The notes below the pieces were generated by a model. That model ran no database searches and was not told the DNA's origin. It worked only from the letters and a program-made list of their open reading frames with translations. Source: a virus. Taken from it: 64,000 nucleotides of DNA. Position 1 is the first letter of the stretch. The number at the start of each line of letters is the position of its first letter. The stretch lies in the IMG/VR virus record IMGVR_UViG_3300047359_000671, positions 27,310 through 91,309 of that record, one strand, 5' to 3'. Positions 39,562-49,062 of this stretch are shown here, piece by piece. A program made the translations under genes and the position numbers.

Positions 39562-41093
39562 TGACAACAAAGATTAATAGTTTCGCTTTGGGCGATGATG
39601 TAGTTAAAGTAAACCATTTAGATACTAGTATCTTTGGAACTAGTTCAGGTGAAGTTGTTCAAGGTAACACAACAATACAAATTACTACGTCAGGTGATAT
39701 TTCTGGTGGCGGTACATTAACACTAGGCGCTGGTGGCACACTTAATGTGTCATACTCTGGTCCAACTAATATATCACATTTTACAAATGATTCAAATTAC
39801 TTAACAGCAGAAACAGACCCAGTATTTTCTGCACATGCGGCGGCAAATGTTACAAATACAAAGATTTCAAACTGGGACACAGCATTTGGATGGGGTAATC
39901 ATGCAACACAAGGTTACTTAACATCGGCAACAAATAACTATGCAGATTCATTGGCATTTAATACATCAGATGGTATTCTAACTGTAGGTAGAAACGGACT
40001 AGGCGATTTAACAGTTGACTTAGACGGAAGATATGCCTTAACTGCGGGCGGGCAACAAGATTTAGATAGTGTTACTTCACAAGGTAATACTACTACAAAT
40101 GATATTACAGTTAATGGTATGACTGTTAACGGCAACTTGACTGTTAGTGGCACAACCACTACAGTTAATTCTAACACTGTAAATATCGGCGATAATATTA
40201 TTCTACTAAACAGCGATGAAACAGGCGCTCCGTCACAGAACGGTGGTATTGAAATCAAGCGAGGAACGTCAACAAATAAGACACTACTATGGAATGAAAC
40301 ATCAGACAAATGGACAGTCGGTTCGGATACATTTGTAGCATCAACATTCGAAGGTGACTTAACTGGAAACGCATCAACATCGTCTAAGTGGTCTACAGCA
40401 AGAACTATTACATTAGGTGGAGACTTGTCGGGTAGTGTTTCGATAGATGGTAGCACAAATGTTACATTGACTGCGACAATAGGAACGAATAGTGTTGCTC
40501 TTGGCACAGATACAACTGGAAACTATGTTGGTGAAGGCGCTACGAGTGGTAACGGTATTAGTGGAAGCGTAAGTAGTGAAGGTGGGACATTTACGGTTAC
40601 ATCAAATGCAACAGAAGCCAATACTGCAAATACTATAGTATATAGAGATGCAAATGGTGATTTTGCCGCAGGTACGGCAACACTAACTGCAACACAGGCA
40701 CAATATGCTGACTTGGCGGAAAAGTATACAGTAGAATTCGACCATCCTACAGGTACAGTTATGTCAGTTAGTTATGAAGTTAGTTTAATAGATGATGGAT
40801 TTGAGACAGAACCAGCAAATTCGGGAGATATTCCAATTGGTGTTGTTTCTGATAAACCAGCATTCTTAATGAATGAAACAATAGATGGTCAGGCCCTTGC
40901 GTTGAAAGGAAGGGTTCCTGTAAGAGTTAGAGGTAAAGTAAAAAAAGGAGAAGCAGTATACGCCGATGCAAACGGTATAGCATCAACGCATGGCGTTTCT
41001 GTAACGGGTACAAATCATCATATCGTGGGAGTATCCTTAGAGACAAACGACACCCAGGCTGAAAAACTAGTCGAGTGTGTATTAAAATTATAG
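39561..41093 (+). CDS. Fibre protein 2 with related C-terminal domain
   Basis: Shared fibre modules; YADLAEKY...ALKGRVPVRV. Confidence 0.7.
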   Translation: MTTKINSFALGDDVVKVNHLDTSIFGTSSGEVVQGNTTIQITTSGDISGGGTLTLGAGGTLNVSYSGPTNISHFTNDSNYLTAETDPVFSAHAAANVTNTKISNWDTAFGWGNHATQGYLTSATNNYADSLAFNTSDGILTVGRNGLGDLTVDLDGRYALTAGGQQDLDSVTSQGNTTTNDITVNGMTVNGNLTVSGTTTTVNSNTVNIGDNIILLNSDETGAPSQNGGIEIKRGTSTNKTLLWNETSDKWTVGSDTFVASTFEGDLTGNASTSSKWSTARTITLGGDLSGSVSIDGSTNVTLTATIGTNSVALGTDTTGNYVGEGATSGNGISGSVSSEGGTFTVTSNATEANTANTIVYRDANGDFAAGTATLTATQAQYADLAEKYTVEFDHPTGTVMSVSYEVSLIDDGFETEPANSGDIPIGVVSDKPAFLMNETIDGQALALKGRVPVRVRGKVKKGEAVYADANGIASTHGVSVTGTNHHIVGVSLETNDTQAEKLVECVLKL

Positions 41094-41103
41094 GAAAAAT
41101 AAA

Positions 41104-43914
41104 ATGGCAATTACAAAAATTACGGATTATGTGCTAGGCGATAGAGCCGTCAATGTTTCAAAACTTGATGTGACCGCAGGCTCAAATGGTCAAGTTTTGT
41201 CTATCGATGGTTCAGGTAACCTAGTCTTCATAGATAACACATCAACAGAAGTAATACAAGATGCTTCTGCGGCGATGATATTAGCAGGTACTCATACAAA
41301 CATATCCGTAGTATATGATGATACTAATAATAAATTGTCACTGAACGCCTCAGGCGCAGTAACGAGTGTTAACAGTTTAACAGGCGCAGTTGTATTGGAT
41401 ACCGACGATATAGCAGAAGGTTCTTCGAACTTGTATTATACAGATGCAAGAGCAGACGCCAGAGCGCAACTTAAAATAGACACACTAGTAGATTCAGCAC
41501 CAGCAACATTAGACACGTTAAACGAATTGGCCGCGGCGCTAGGTGACGATGAAAATTTTAGTACAACAATAACTAATAGTTTAGCAGGAAAAGAACCAAC
41601 TATAACTGCCGGTACGACATCTCAATATTATAGAGGTGATAAATCATTTCAAACATTAGATACATCCGCAGTAACAGAAAATACAAATCTATATTATACA
41701 GATACAAGAGCCCGTTTAGCAATTTCAGTTTCAGGTGACTTAACATATAATTCATCAACTGGTGTTATTTCTACACAAGGACTCACTTCAAGTACTACAG
41801 ATGACCTAGCAGAAGGTACAAATAATCTATATCATACAACTACAAGAGCAAGACAGTCTATCTCGGCAAGCGGCGACTTAGCATATAATTCATCAACTGG
41901 TGTTATTAGTTTCTCGGCAACCGCATCACCTGTTGTGAGTGTTAATACAAAAACAGGGTCAGTTGTTTTAGATACTGACGATTTGGCAGAAGGCACAAAC
42001 AAGTTTTATACAGATACAAGAGCAAGAGAATCTATATCTGTAGTAGATGTGAGTGGTGATGGTTCTTTAGCATATAATAATACTACGGGTGTAATTACAT
42101 ATACTGGCCCAAGTGCTAGTGAAGTAAGAGCGCATTTATCAGCGGGTACTGGTGTTACTTACACCAGTGGTGAGTTCTCTATAGGACAATCTGTCGGTAC
42201 GACAGATAATGTGCAATTTAATAATGTACAGATAGACGGGGTACTAACATCAGATGATATCACAAGTTCTACTATTAGTATTTCAGGTGATGCGACTATT
42301 ACAGGTGATTTAACAGTTTCGGGCAATACCACATATATAAGCACTACTGATTTATTAGTTGCAGATAGTATAATTACATTAAATTCAGATTGGCCTTCAT
42401 CTAGTGCACCAACTGAAAATGCAGGTATTGAAGTTAGTAGGGGTACTCAAAATACTGTTGGGATTAGATTTAATGAGTCAATTGATAAATGGCAGTTTAC
42501 AAATGATGGTTTGACATATAGCAATATCGGGTCATTATCTGCATCAGACTCAGATGACTTATCAGAAGGTACAACAAATCTTTATTACACAGATGCAAGG
42601 TCAAGAGGTGCGATAAGCATCACAGATTCTGGCGGTGATGGTTCATTGTTATATAACTCAACAACTGGTGTAATTACATATACTGGCCCAAGTGCTAGTG
42701 AAGTAAGAGCGCATTTGAGTGCATCAGGCTCATTGGCATATAACTCAACAACTGGTGTGTTTTCATATACAACGCCAAATACTATTGCAAGTTTAGGAAA
42801 CCACGATACAGATGATTTAGCAGAAGGCACTAATAATCTATATTTCACGTCGGCACGTAGTACAGCACAATTCAATACAGATTTAGCGGCATCAGATACA
42901 GATGACCTATCTGAAGGTACAACAAATCTTTATTATACAACTGCACGTTGGGATACTAAGATGGCGGCGGCTGATACAGACGACCTATCAGAAGGCTCAG
43001 CAAATCTATATTATACACAAGCAAGAGCAGATGCAAGAGTTGATGTACTAAGACAAAATCTTTTAACTGATGGTGGTGAAGATGTACATTTTAATAACTT
43101 AACAAATCTACCAACCATCGTAAGAGACACTATCACTGGTGATGGTTCAACGACTACATTTACATTAAGTGCTACACCTGGTAGCGCAAATGCACTAATT
43201 GTTACTATTTCAGGTGCAACACAAACACCAACTACAGACTACACAGTATCATCAAATACTATTACATTCACATCGACATTGCCGTTAAGTCAAGTTGCAG
43301 AAGTAAGACACGTTGGCTATCAGATATCAGGAGGCACAATAACAACTGCTACTGATTCACAATTGCTTGATGGATTAGATAGTACTCAGTTTTTAAGAAG
43401 TGACACTAACGATACAATGGTAGGTGATTTGACTATGACGGGCGACATTGTCCCGACTACAGATGACACGTATGATTTAGGTAGTTCATCTAAAAAGTGG
43501 GCTAATGTATACGGGCATTCAATTGAAGCAACATTTGCCGACTTGGCAGAAAGATATGCCACAGATGCTCCTTATGAACCAGGCACAGTAGTTGTGTTCG
43601 GTGGAGAAGCAGAGATTACTACCACAACTCAAGCATTAGATGTTGCAATTGCAGGCGTTATTTCAACAGACCCAGCGGTGAAACTAAATGCAGATGCAGG
43701 CAATTCACACACACATCCTTATGTAGCATTGCGTGGGCGTGTCCCATGTAAAGTAATCGGCCCAGTTAATAAAGGTGACTTGATGGTAACATCAGATACT
43801 CCTGGCTTTGCAAAAAGTGTTGGTAAAGTAGATTATGGTGTGTCTGTATTTGCTAAATCTATCACTACTGACTTGTCCGGTGGCGAGAAAACTGTTGAAG
43901 TTGTAATATTATAG
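41104..43914 (+). CDS. Fibre protein 3 with many TDDL.EG..NLYYT..RAR repeats
   Basis: Repeats, AP.TLDTLNELAAAL motif, same C-terminal domain. Confidence 0.72.
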   Translation: MAITKITDYVLGDRAVNVSKLDVTAGSNGQVLSIDGSGNLVFIDNTSTEVIQDASAAMILAGTHTNISVVYDDTNNKLSLNASGAVTSVNSLTGAVVLDTDDIAEGSSNLYYTDARADARAQLKIDTLVDSAPATLDTLNELAAALGDDENFSTTITNSLAGKEPTITAGTTSQYYRGDKSFQTLDTSAVTENTNLYYTDTRARLAISVSGDLTYNSSTGVISTQGLTSSTTDDLAEGTNNLYHTTTRARQSISASGDLAYNSSTGVISFSATASPVVSVNTKTGSVVLDTDDLAEGTNKFYTDTRARESISVVDVSGDGSLAYNNTTGVITYTGPSASEVRAHLSAGTGVTYTSGEFSIGQSVGTTDNVQFNNVQIDGVLTSDDITSSTISISGDATITGDLTVSGNTTYISTTDLLVADSIITLNSDWPSSSAPTENAGIEVSRGTQNTVGIRFNESIDKWQFTNDGLTYSNIGSLSASDSDDLSEGTTNLYYTDARSRGAISITDSGGDGSLLYNSTTGVITYTGPSASEVRAHLSASGSLAYNSTTGVFSYTTPNTIASLGNHDTDDLAEGTNNLYFTSARSTAQFNTDLAASDTDDLSEGTTNLYYTTARWDTKMAAADTDDLSEGSANLYYTQARADARVDVLRQNLLTDGGEDVHFNNLTNLPTIVRDTITGDGSTTTFTLSATPGSANALIVTISGATQTPTTDYTVSSNTITFTSTLPLSQVAEVRHVGYQISGGTITTATDSQLLDGLDSTQFLRSDTNDTMVGDLTMTGDIVPTTDDTYDLGSSSKKWANVYGHSIEATFADLAERYATDAPYEPGTVVVFGGEAEITTTTQALDVAIAGVISTDPAVKLNADAGNSHTHPYVALRGRVPCKVIGPVNKGDLMVTSDTPGFAKSVGKVDYGVSVFAKSITTDLSGGEKTVEVVIL
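42088..42716 (+). repeat. Exact 50-bp direct repeat within fibre 3
   Basis: GGTGTAATTACATATACTGGCCCAAGTGCTAGTGAAGTAAGAGCGCATTT at 42088-42137 and 42667-42716. Confidence 0.9.
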
Positions 43915-44028
43915 AATTAAGTATAAACATCTTAAATATTCCGTTTACGATAAATACTATCAGAGAGAGCGAATCCCGCCTTCTCTGATTGAAATCGATT
44001 TTAAAAAAATTTAGACGGGAGAAATAAT

Positions 44029-45987
44029 ATGGCAGCATATGCAATTCAGTTCCGACGTGGTACAACTACTCAACACTCATCCTTTACAGGCCTTCTGGGC
44101 GAGGTTACAGTTGATACTGACAAGAAAACACTTGTCGTCCATGACGGTTCTACAACTGGTGGTTTCCCACTTTCACGTGAAGGTGCGGCGGCAACAAGTT
44201 CGACAGGTTCATTTACATCAAATGTATCAGTCGGTGGCACATTAGCAGTAACGTCAACATCAACGTTTGGTGACGATGTAGGTGTAACTGGTGACTTGAC
44301 AATGACAGGTCACATTCTACCAAGTGCGAACATTACATACGACTTAGGTTCAACGACACATATGTGGCGTGATATCTACGTTGGTCCAGGCTCATTATAT
44401 GTTAATGGCAAAAAAGTTATCGAAGATGACTCAGGTTCAATTAGCATTACAACAGAAGCAAACGAAGACCTAAAAGTCAGTACAACTGGCACAGGTACTT
44501 TGAAATTCATTTCAGGTAATGGTATTAACTTTACTGGTGAATTAGGCGCAGTATCAGGTGATTTACAAATCGGTGACCACATCGATATGAATTCAAATCT
44601 AATCAAAGAACTGGCAACTCCAGTTTCTGGTACAGATGCGGCAAACAAAAACTATGTTGACTCTGCGGCGGCAAGCGCAGTAACAGGCGGCGGTAACGCT
44701 GTTTCTGGTACAACTGGTGCGTTTTCTAGTGACGTTACAATCACTGGTGACTTAACAGTTAACGGTACAACAACTTCAATCAATACAACACAGATTGATT
44801 TAGCAGACAACATTCTACTATTAAATTCAGATGCCACTGGTTCTGCCACAGCATCAGCAGGTCTTGAAGTTGAGCGTGGTGATGACTTGAATGTTCAGTT
44901 TTTATGGGACGAAGCAAATGACCGCTGGACAACAGGTGCAGAAGACTTCTACACAACAGGTACAATTACTGGTGACTTAACTGGTGATGTAACTGGTACA
45001 GTTTCATCAATTGCTAACCATTCTACTGACGATTTGTCAGTAGGTACTACTAACAAGTACTTCACAAATGCATTAGCGGATGCCAGAATTGCTCTACAAG
45101 TTGGTTCAAACTTAGATTTGTCATCAATGACTACAGCAAATTTGACAGAAGATTCATCTAACAAGTACTACACAGATACACGTGTAGGTTCTTATCTAAC
45201 TACTAACTCATATGCAACAGAGTCATATGTAAATACAGCAGTAGCAGGCAAAGACCAATTATCAGAACTATCTGGTACAACAGATGACGTAACTGAAGGT
45301 TCAACTAACAAGTACTTCTCAAACACACTGGCACAAGGCGCAATCTCAGTAAGTGGTGATTTGTCATACAACTCAGGTGTAGTATCTTTCACAGAAAGAA
45401 CAGATGCAGAAGTAACTACACTAGCGAAAGCGGCTATCTCAGCAAGTGGTGATTTATCATACTCAAACGGTGTAGTATCTTTCACAGAAAGAACAGATGC
45501 AGAAGTAACTACACTAGCGAAAGCGGCTATCTCAGTAGGCGGCGACTTGTCATACAATAATGGTGTTGTATCATATACAACTCCAGCAGAAGTTGACAAC
45601 TACGTAGACTCGTTATCATTCTCGGGTGGTACTTTGACCGTAGGTCGTACAGGTGCATTATCAGACTTGACAGTTGATATCACAACAGCAACAACTATGA
45701 AACATACTCATGGTTATTCAGTTTCGGCAGATGATGAATCTGATAATACTGGTTCAACACATTCAATTACTTGGTCGACTTTAAACGGTACAGATAAAAT
45801 TGACTTCGGTTCAAACGCAGTAGCGTATGGTTCTGAAATTGATGTAGCACCGTTTGTGCAAGTATTCATCAACAGAATGGTTCTAAGACCGAATGAAGTA
45901 ACAATTACTTCATCAGGTGTGACATTCGCCTCAGGCGTTGTAGCAGAAGATGATGAATTAGAAATCATGTATATGGACGAAAAATAA
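44029..45987 (+). CDS. Fibre protein 4 with Mtd_N-like N-terminal domain
   Basis: IQFRRGTT.QH..FTG..GEVTVDTDKKTLVVHDG.T.GG.PL; late box at 43949. Confidence 0.75.
   Translation: MAAYAIQFRRGTTTQHSSFTGLLGEVTVDTDKKTLVVHDGSTTGGFPLSREGAAATSSTGSFTSNVSVGGTLAVTSTSTFGDDVGVTGDLTMTGHILPSANITYDLGSTTHMWRDIYVGPGSLYVNGKKVIEDDSGSISITTEANEDLKVSTTGTGTLKFISGNGINFTGELGAVSGDLQIGDHIDMNSNLIKELATPVSGTDAANKNYVDSAAASAVTGGGNAVSGTTGAFSSDVTITGDLTVNGTTTSINTTQIDLADNILLLNSDATGSATASAGLEVERGDDLNVQFLWDEANDRWTTGAEDFYTTGTITGDLTGDVTGTVSSIANHSTDDLSVGTTNKYFTNALADARIALQVGSNLDLSSMTTANLTEDSSNKYYTDTRVGSYLTTNSYATESYVNTAVAGKDQLSELSGTTDDVTEGSTNKYFSNTLAQGAISVSGDLSYNSGVVSFTERTDAEVTTLAKAAISASGDLSYSNGVVSFTERTDAEVTTLAKAAISVGGDLSYNNGVVSYTTPAEVDNYVDSLSFSGGTLTVGRTGALSDLTVDITTATTMKHTHGYSVSADDESDNTGSTHSITWSTLNGTDKIDFGSNAVAYGSEIDVAPFVQVFINRMVLRPNEVTITSSGVTFASGVVAEDDELEIMYMDEK
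45376..45535 (+). repeat. Exact 67-bp repeat with 93-bp (31-aa) period within fibre 4
   Basis: 45376-45442 is identical to 45469-45535. Confidence 0.9.
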
Positions 45988-46095
45988 TATATTCTTAATC
46001 AAAGAGTAGAGGGCACCATCCCTCTACTCCGTTCTTTAGAACATTAGACCATGAGGGTCTATCGATATTAAGATAACTTTTTTAAGGAGAAAAAA

Positions 46096-47826
46096 ATGGC
46101 ACGTAAATTTAGACACAACGGTTCCACGAATACAGGTATTCAACGTGGTAAGCGTTATAAATATGACTCAACAGGTAACATCACAGAGATTACTGGTACT
46201 CCAGATATGTCATCAGATGATATTATCTTTTCAGGTACAAAATCATCAATTAGACGTATTGCAGACCTAGAACGTAACGTATCAATTCTAGCGGCAAAAG
46301 ACTCAGGTGATGGTGGTGCAACAATCGCCAAAACTATGAGCGGTAAAGTCAAATTCAAAAACAATATTGAAGTTGATGGTACACTAGAAGCAGACGGTAA
46401 CGTTGATGTTGCAGGTACATTAGATGTACAAGCAGGTCTAACTCTTGGTTCAGTTGCACAAGAAGTTATAATGGATGTAATCGGTGGTATGGTTTCGGGT
46501 AACACTGAATCAGGCATCACAGTAACATATGATGATTCATCAAACGAATTTGATTTTGATATCACATCAGCACCAAAATGGGAAACTGCACGTACTATTA
46601 CGTTAGGCGGCGATTTAAGCGGGTCAGTAAGTATTGATGGTTCGCAAGGCGTTACATTAACGGCAACAGTTGCGGACGATTCACACGCACATATTATCAG
46701 TAACGTTGATGGTTTACAAACTGCGCTTGATTCCAAACAGGACTCAGGTAATTTTGTAACAACAACTAGTTCACAAGCACTAGGTACAGCATCAAATGTT
46801 TTAACATTTTCTGCAAACACATTAACATTAGCACGTGGTGATGGTTCAACTGATACAGTTAACCTATCAGCATACCTAGACGATACTAACGCGGCAAAAA
46901 TCACATCAGGTTCAATGGCATCAAATGGCGTTGCAACATTTACACGTGATGATTCTTCAACGTTTACAGTTGATATGTCAGTTCTACTAGATAATGACAA
47001 CTTAGCACGTATCACAACAGCAGGCTGGAATACTAGCAACGGTGTTTTAACTCTAACACGTAATGATAATTCAACTGTAACAGTTGACTTAGATGACCGT
47101 TATGCAACAACAAGCGGAGCCCGTGCGTTAGGGGCAACGGCGTTATCAGTTTCTAATGATACTATCACACTAACTAAAGGTGACGGCACATCAGAATCAG
47201 TAACAGTTTCAGATGCTAACTCAGACAACTATCTAACTGGCGCTTCATTCAGTACTTCAAATGGTGTTCTAACACTAACACGTACAAATGGTGACGTAAC
47301 AGTTGATTTAGATAGTCGTTACACAGACAACGGTTATGCAGACACTATGAACCAACATGTTCGTACAACTGATTCACCAAGTTTCGTGGCAGTTACAGCA
47401 GACGACTTCAACGGTACGGCGACATATGCAAAATATGCCGACCTTGCTGAAAGATATGCGGCAGACGCCCCATATGAAGAAGGTACTGTGTTAGTATTTG
47501 GTGGTGAAGCAGAAGTCACATCATCTCAAGGTTACGCATCTAATAAGATTGCAGGTGTTGTTTCAATTAAGCCAGCAGTAGCAATGAACAGTGAAGCAGG
47601 TAACTCACAAACTCACCCATATGTAGCACTACAAGGTCGTGTTCCAGTTAAAGTTGTAGGTCTAGTATCTAAAGGCGACATTCTTGTTGCATCGGATATC
47701 GTAGGTACTGCAACAGTTTGGAAAGAAACAGACACAGACCCACGTATGACTGCATACATCGGTATCGCTATCGAAGATAAGAACGTAGGCGGCACGGGTA
47801 TGGTAGAAGTTAAAGTAGGTAAGTAA
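46096..47826 (+). CDS. Fibre protein 5 with C-terminal chaperone-like domain
   Basis: G.LTL.R.D repeats; YADLAERY...ALQGRVPVKV. Confidence 0.7.
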   Translation: MARKFRHNGSTNTGIQRGKRYKYDSTGNITEITGTPDMSSDDIIFSGTKSSIRRIADLERNVSILAAKDSGDGGATIAKTMSGKVKFKNNIEVDGTLEADGNVDVAGTLDVQAGLTLGSVAQEVIMDVIGGMVSGNTESGITVTYDDSSNEFDFDITSAPKWETARTITLGGDLSGSVSIDGSQGVTLTATVADDSHAHIISNVDGLQTALDSKQDSGNFVTTTSSQALGTASNVLTFSANTLTLARGDGSTDTVNLSAYLDDTNAAKITSGSMASNGVATFTRDDSSTFTVDMSVLLDNDNLARITTAGWNTSNGVLTLTRNDNSTVTVDLDDRYATTSGARALGATALSVSNDTITLTKGDGTSESVTVSDANSDNYLTGASFSTSNGVLTLTRTNGDVTVDLDSRYTDNGYADTMNQHVRTTDSPSFVAVTADDFNGTATYAKYADLAERYAADAPYEEGTVLVFGGEAEVTSSQGYASNKIAGVVSIKPAVAMNSEAGNSQTHPYVALQGRVPVKVVGLVSKGDILVASDIVGTATVWKETDTDPRMTAYIGIAIEDKNVGGTGMVEVKVGK

Positions 47827-47849
47827 TTACACTTTACTCTAAGTTATTT

Positions 47850-47876
47850 AAAGGGAGCAGAAATGCTCCCTTTTTT
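47850..47876. terminator. Terminator between convergent operons
   Basis: AAAGGGAGCA-GAAA-TGCTCCCTTTTTT. Confidence 0.88.
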
Positions 47877-47884
47877 ATTGCCTA

Positions 47885-48586
47885 TTAGCAAAAGAATTTT
47901 TTGAGTGTGTTGTACAGGCTTGTACGAGTAGCAGATGTGTCTTCAGTTGTATTGTCATTAATCCATTCTGGGAATGCATGAAATAACTTTTTCCATTGTA
48001 GCATTTCATTATGCAAATCAACAATTTTTTTGATATATTCACTAGTATTAGAGAAGTTGAATTCTACCTTCAACTCATTGATGCGTTCCTTACATTCTTT
48101 TAAGTCTTCTAAATCTTTATCGATAGCAAGTAATATAGTTTCAAATTCTTGCGTATTTTTAAACTTTTCTATTAGAAACATATGATGTTTGTTCTTGGGT
48201 CTATCCTCATATAGGAACATGATTTCTTGCAAATCATAGTATAACGCCTTGACTGGATTGATACTCTCTCTGTATCTTTTAATAACCTCGGGAATAGCAA
48301 ATTTGGTATCCTCAGTACATAGATTTTCGAGTACACTTGATGCCAAGAAGTTAATTCGTGTTCTGCTAGTTGTTAAGTTTTTTCTGGACTTTTCTCTAAT
48401 CTTATCAATAACGATGTCTACTAATCGTTTTGTGTCTTTATCTAAGTTCTTTTTTAGATACTCAACATGTCCTGGAGTTGCAGATACAACAGAGGTACGT
48501 AGATTATCTGTAATCTTTCCAGTTTTCAGGAACTCTTTACAGTCACGTATAAATCGTTGTTTTTTGAAATCTATGATTTCGTTCAT
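47885..48586 (-). CDS. Hypothetical protein
   Basis: ATG 48586 with GGAG RBS; late-like GTAAATA upstream. Confidence 0.7.
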   Translation of the reverse strand: MNEIIDFKKQRFIRDCKEFLKTGKITDNLRTSVVSATPGHVEYLKKNLDKDTKRLVDIVIDKIREKSRKNLTTSRTRINFLASSVLENLCTEDTKFAIPEVIKRYRESINPVKALYYDLQEIMFLYEDRPKNKHHMFLIEKFKNTQEFETILLAIDKDLEDLKECKERINELKVEFNFSNTSEYIKKIVDLHNEMLQWKKLFHAFPEWINDNTTEDTSATRTSLYNTLKKFFC

Positions 48587-48627
48587 CTTATCTCCTAACA
48601 CTAGTATTTACACTAATTAGAAGAAAA

Positions 48628-49053
48628 TTATAGTGATACTATAATGTCCCTGACAATTTTGAGTTTGTTCTTTTTGAATAAAGTTCTACGTGTGCCGGGG
48701 TGAAGTGGCTTGGGTATATGGTGTCTATCTACCCATGTATACCCACCTGATTCGTTATTAAGTTTTGGTATAAATTCTTTGCTGACAATGATAACAAATG
48801 AATAATAACTAAAATTTTTGTCACGTGAATGATATTGGTCTAATGGATATATTCGTTCAATATCATTTATTCGGTCGATGTCTAATTCTTCTTCAATTTC
48901 TCTTAGTAATGCTTGTGCTATATTTTCTTTGTCTTCGACTTTCCCACCGAAGAAACCCCAATTTCTTGGTTGTGACCCTTCTTTTGTTCTTTGTTGTAGT
49001 AATAAACGTTTTGTATCTTTTGCTATGATACACGCCCCTGCCGCTCTAATCAT
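48628..49053 (-). CDS. NUDIX hydrolase
   Basis: Nudix box GGKVEDKENIAQALLREIEEE. Confidence 0.9.
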   Translation of the reverse strand: MIRAAGACIIAKDTKRLLLQQRTKEGSQPRNWGFFGGKVEDKENIAQALLREIEEELDIDRINDIERIYPLDQYHSRDKNFSYYSFVIIVSKEFIPKLNNESGGYTWVDRHHIPKPLHPGTRRTLFKKNKLKIVRDIIVSL

Positions 49054-49062
49054 TTATCTGCC

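Noticed and set aside
44029-45987. Diversity-generating retroelement suggested by the Mtd_N-like domain and repeats
   Set aside because: No reverse transcriptase in the window; repeats are exact in-frame duplications, not adenine-specific TR/VR pairs
29723-47795. Numerous long antisense ORFs in the track (e.g. 29723-30496, 46155-47039)
   Set aside because: Shadow frames of strongly codon-biased structural genes; Ser/Val-rich with no motifs or RBS
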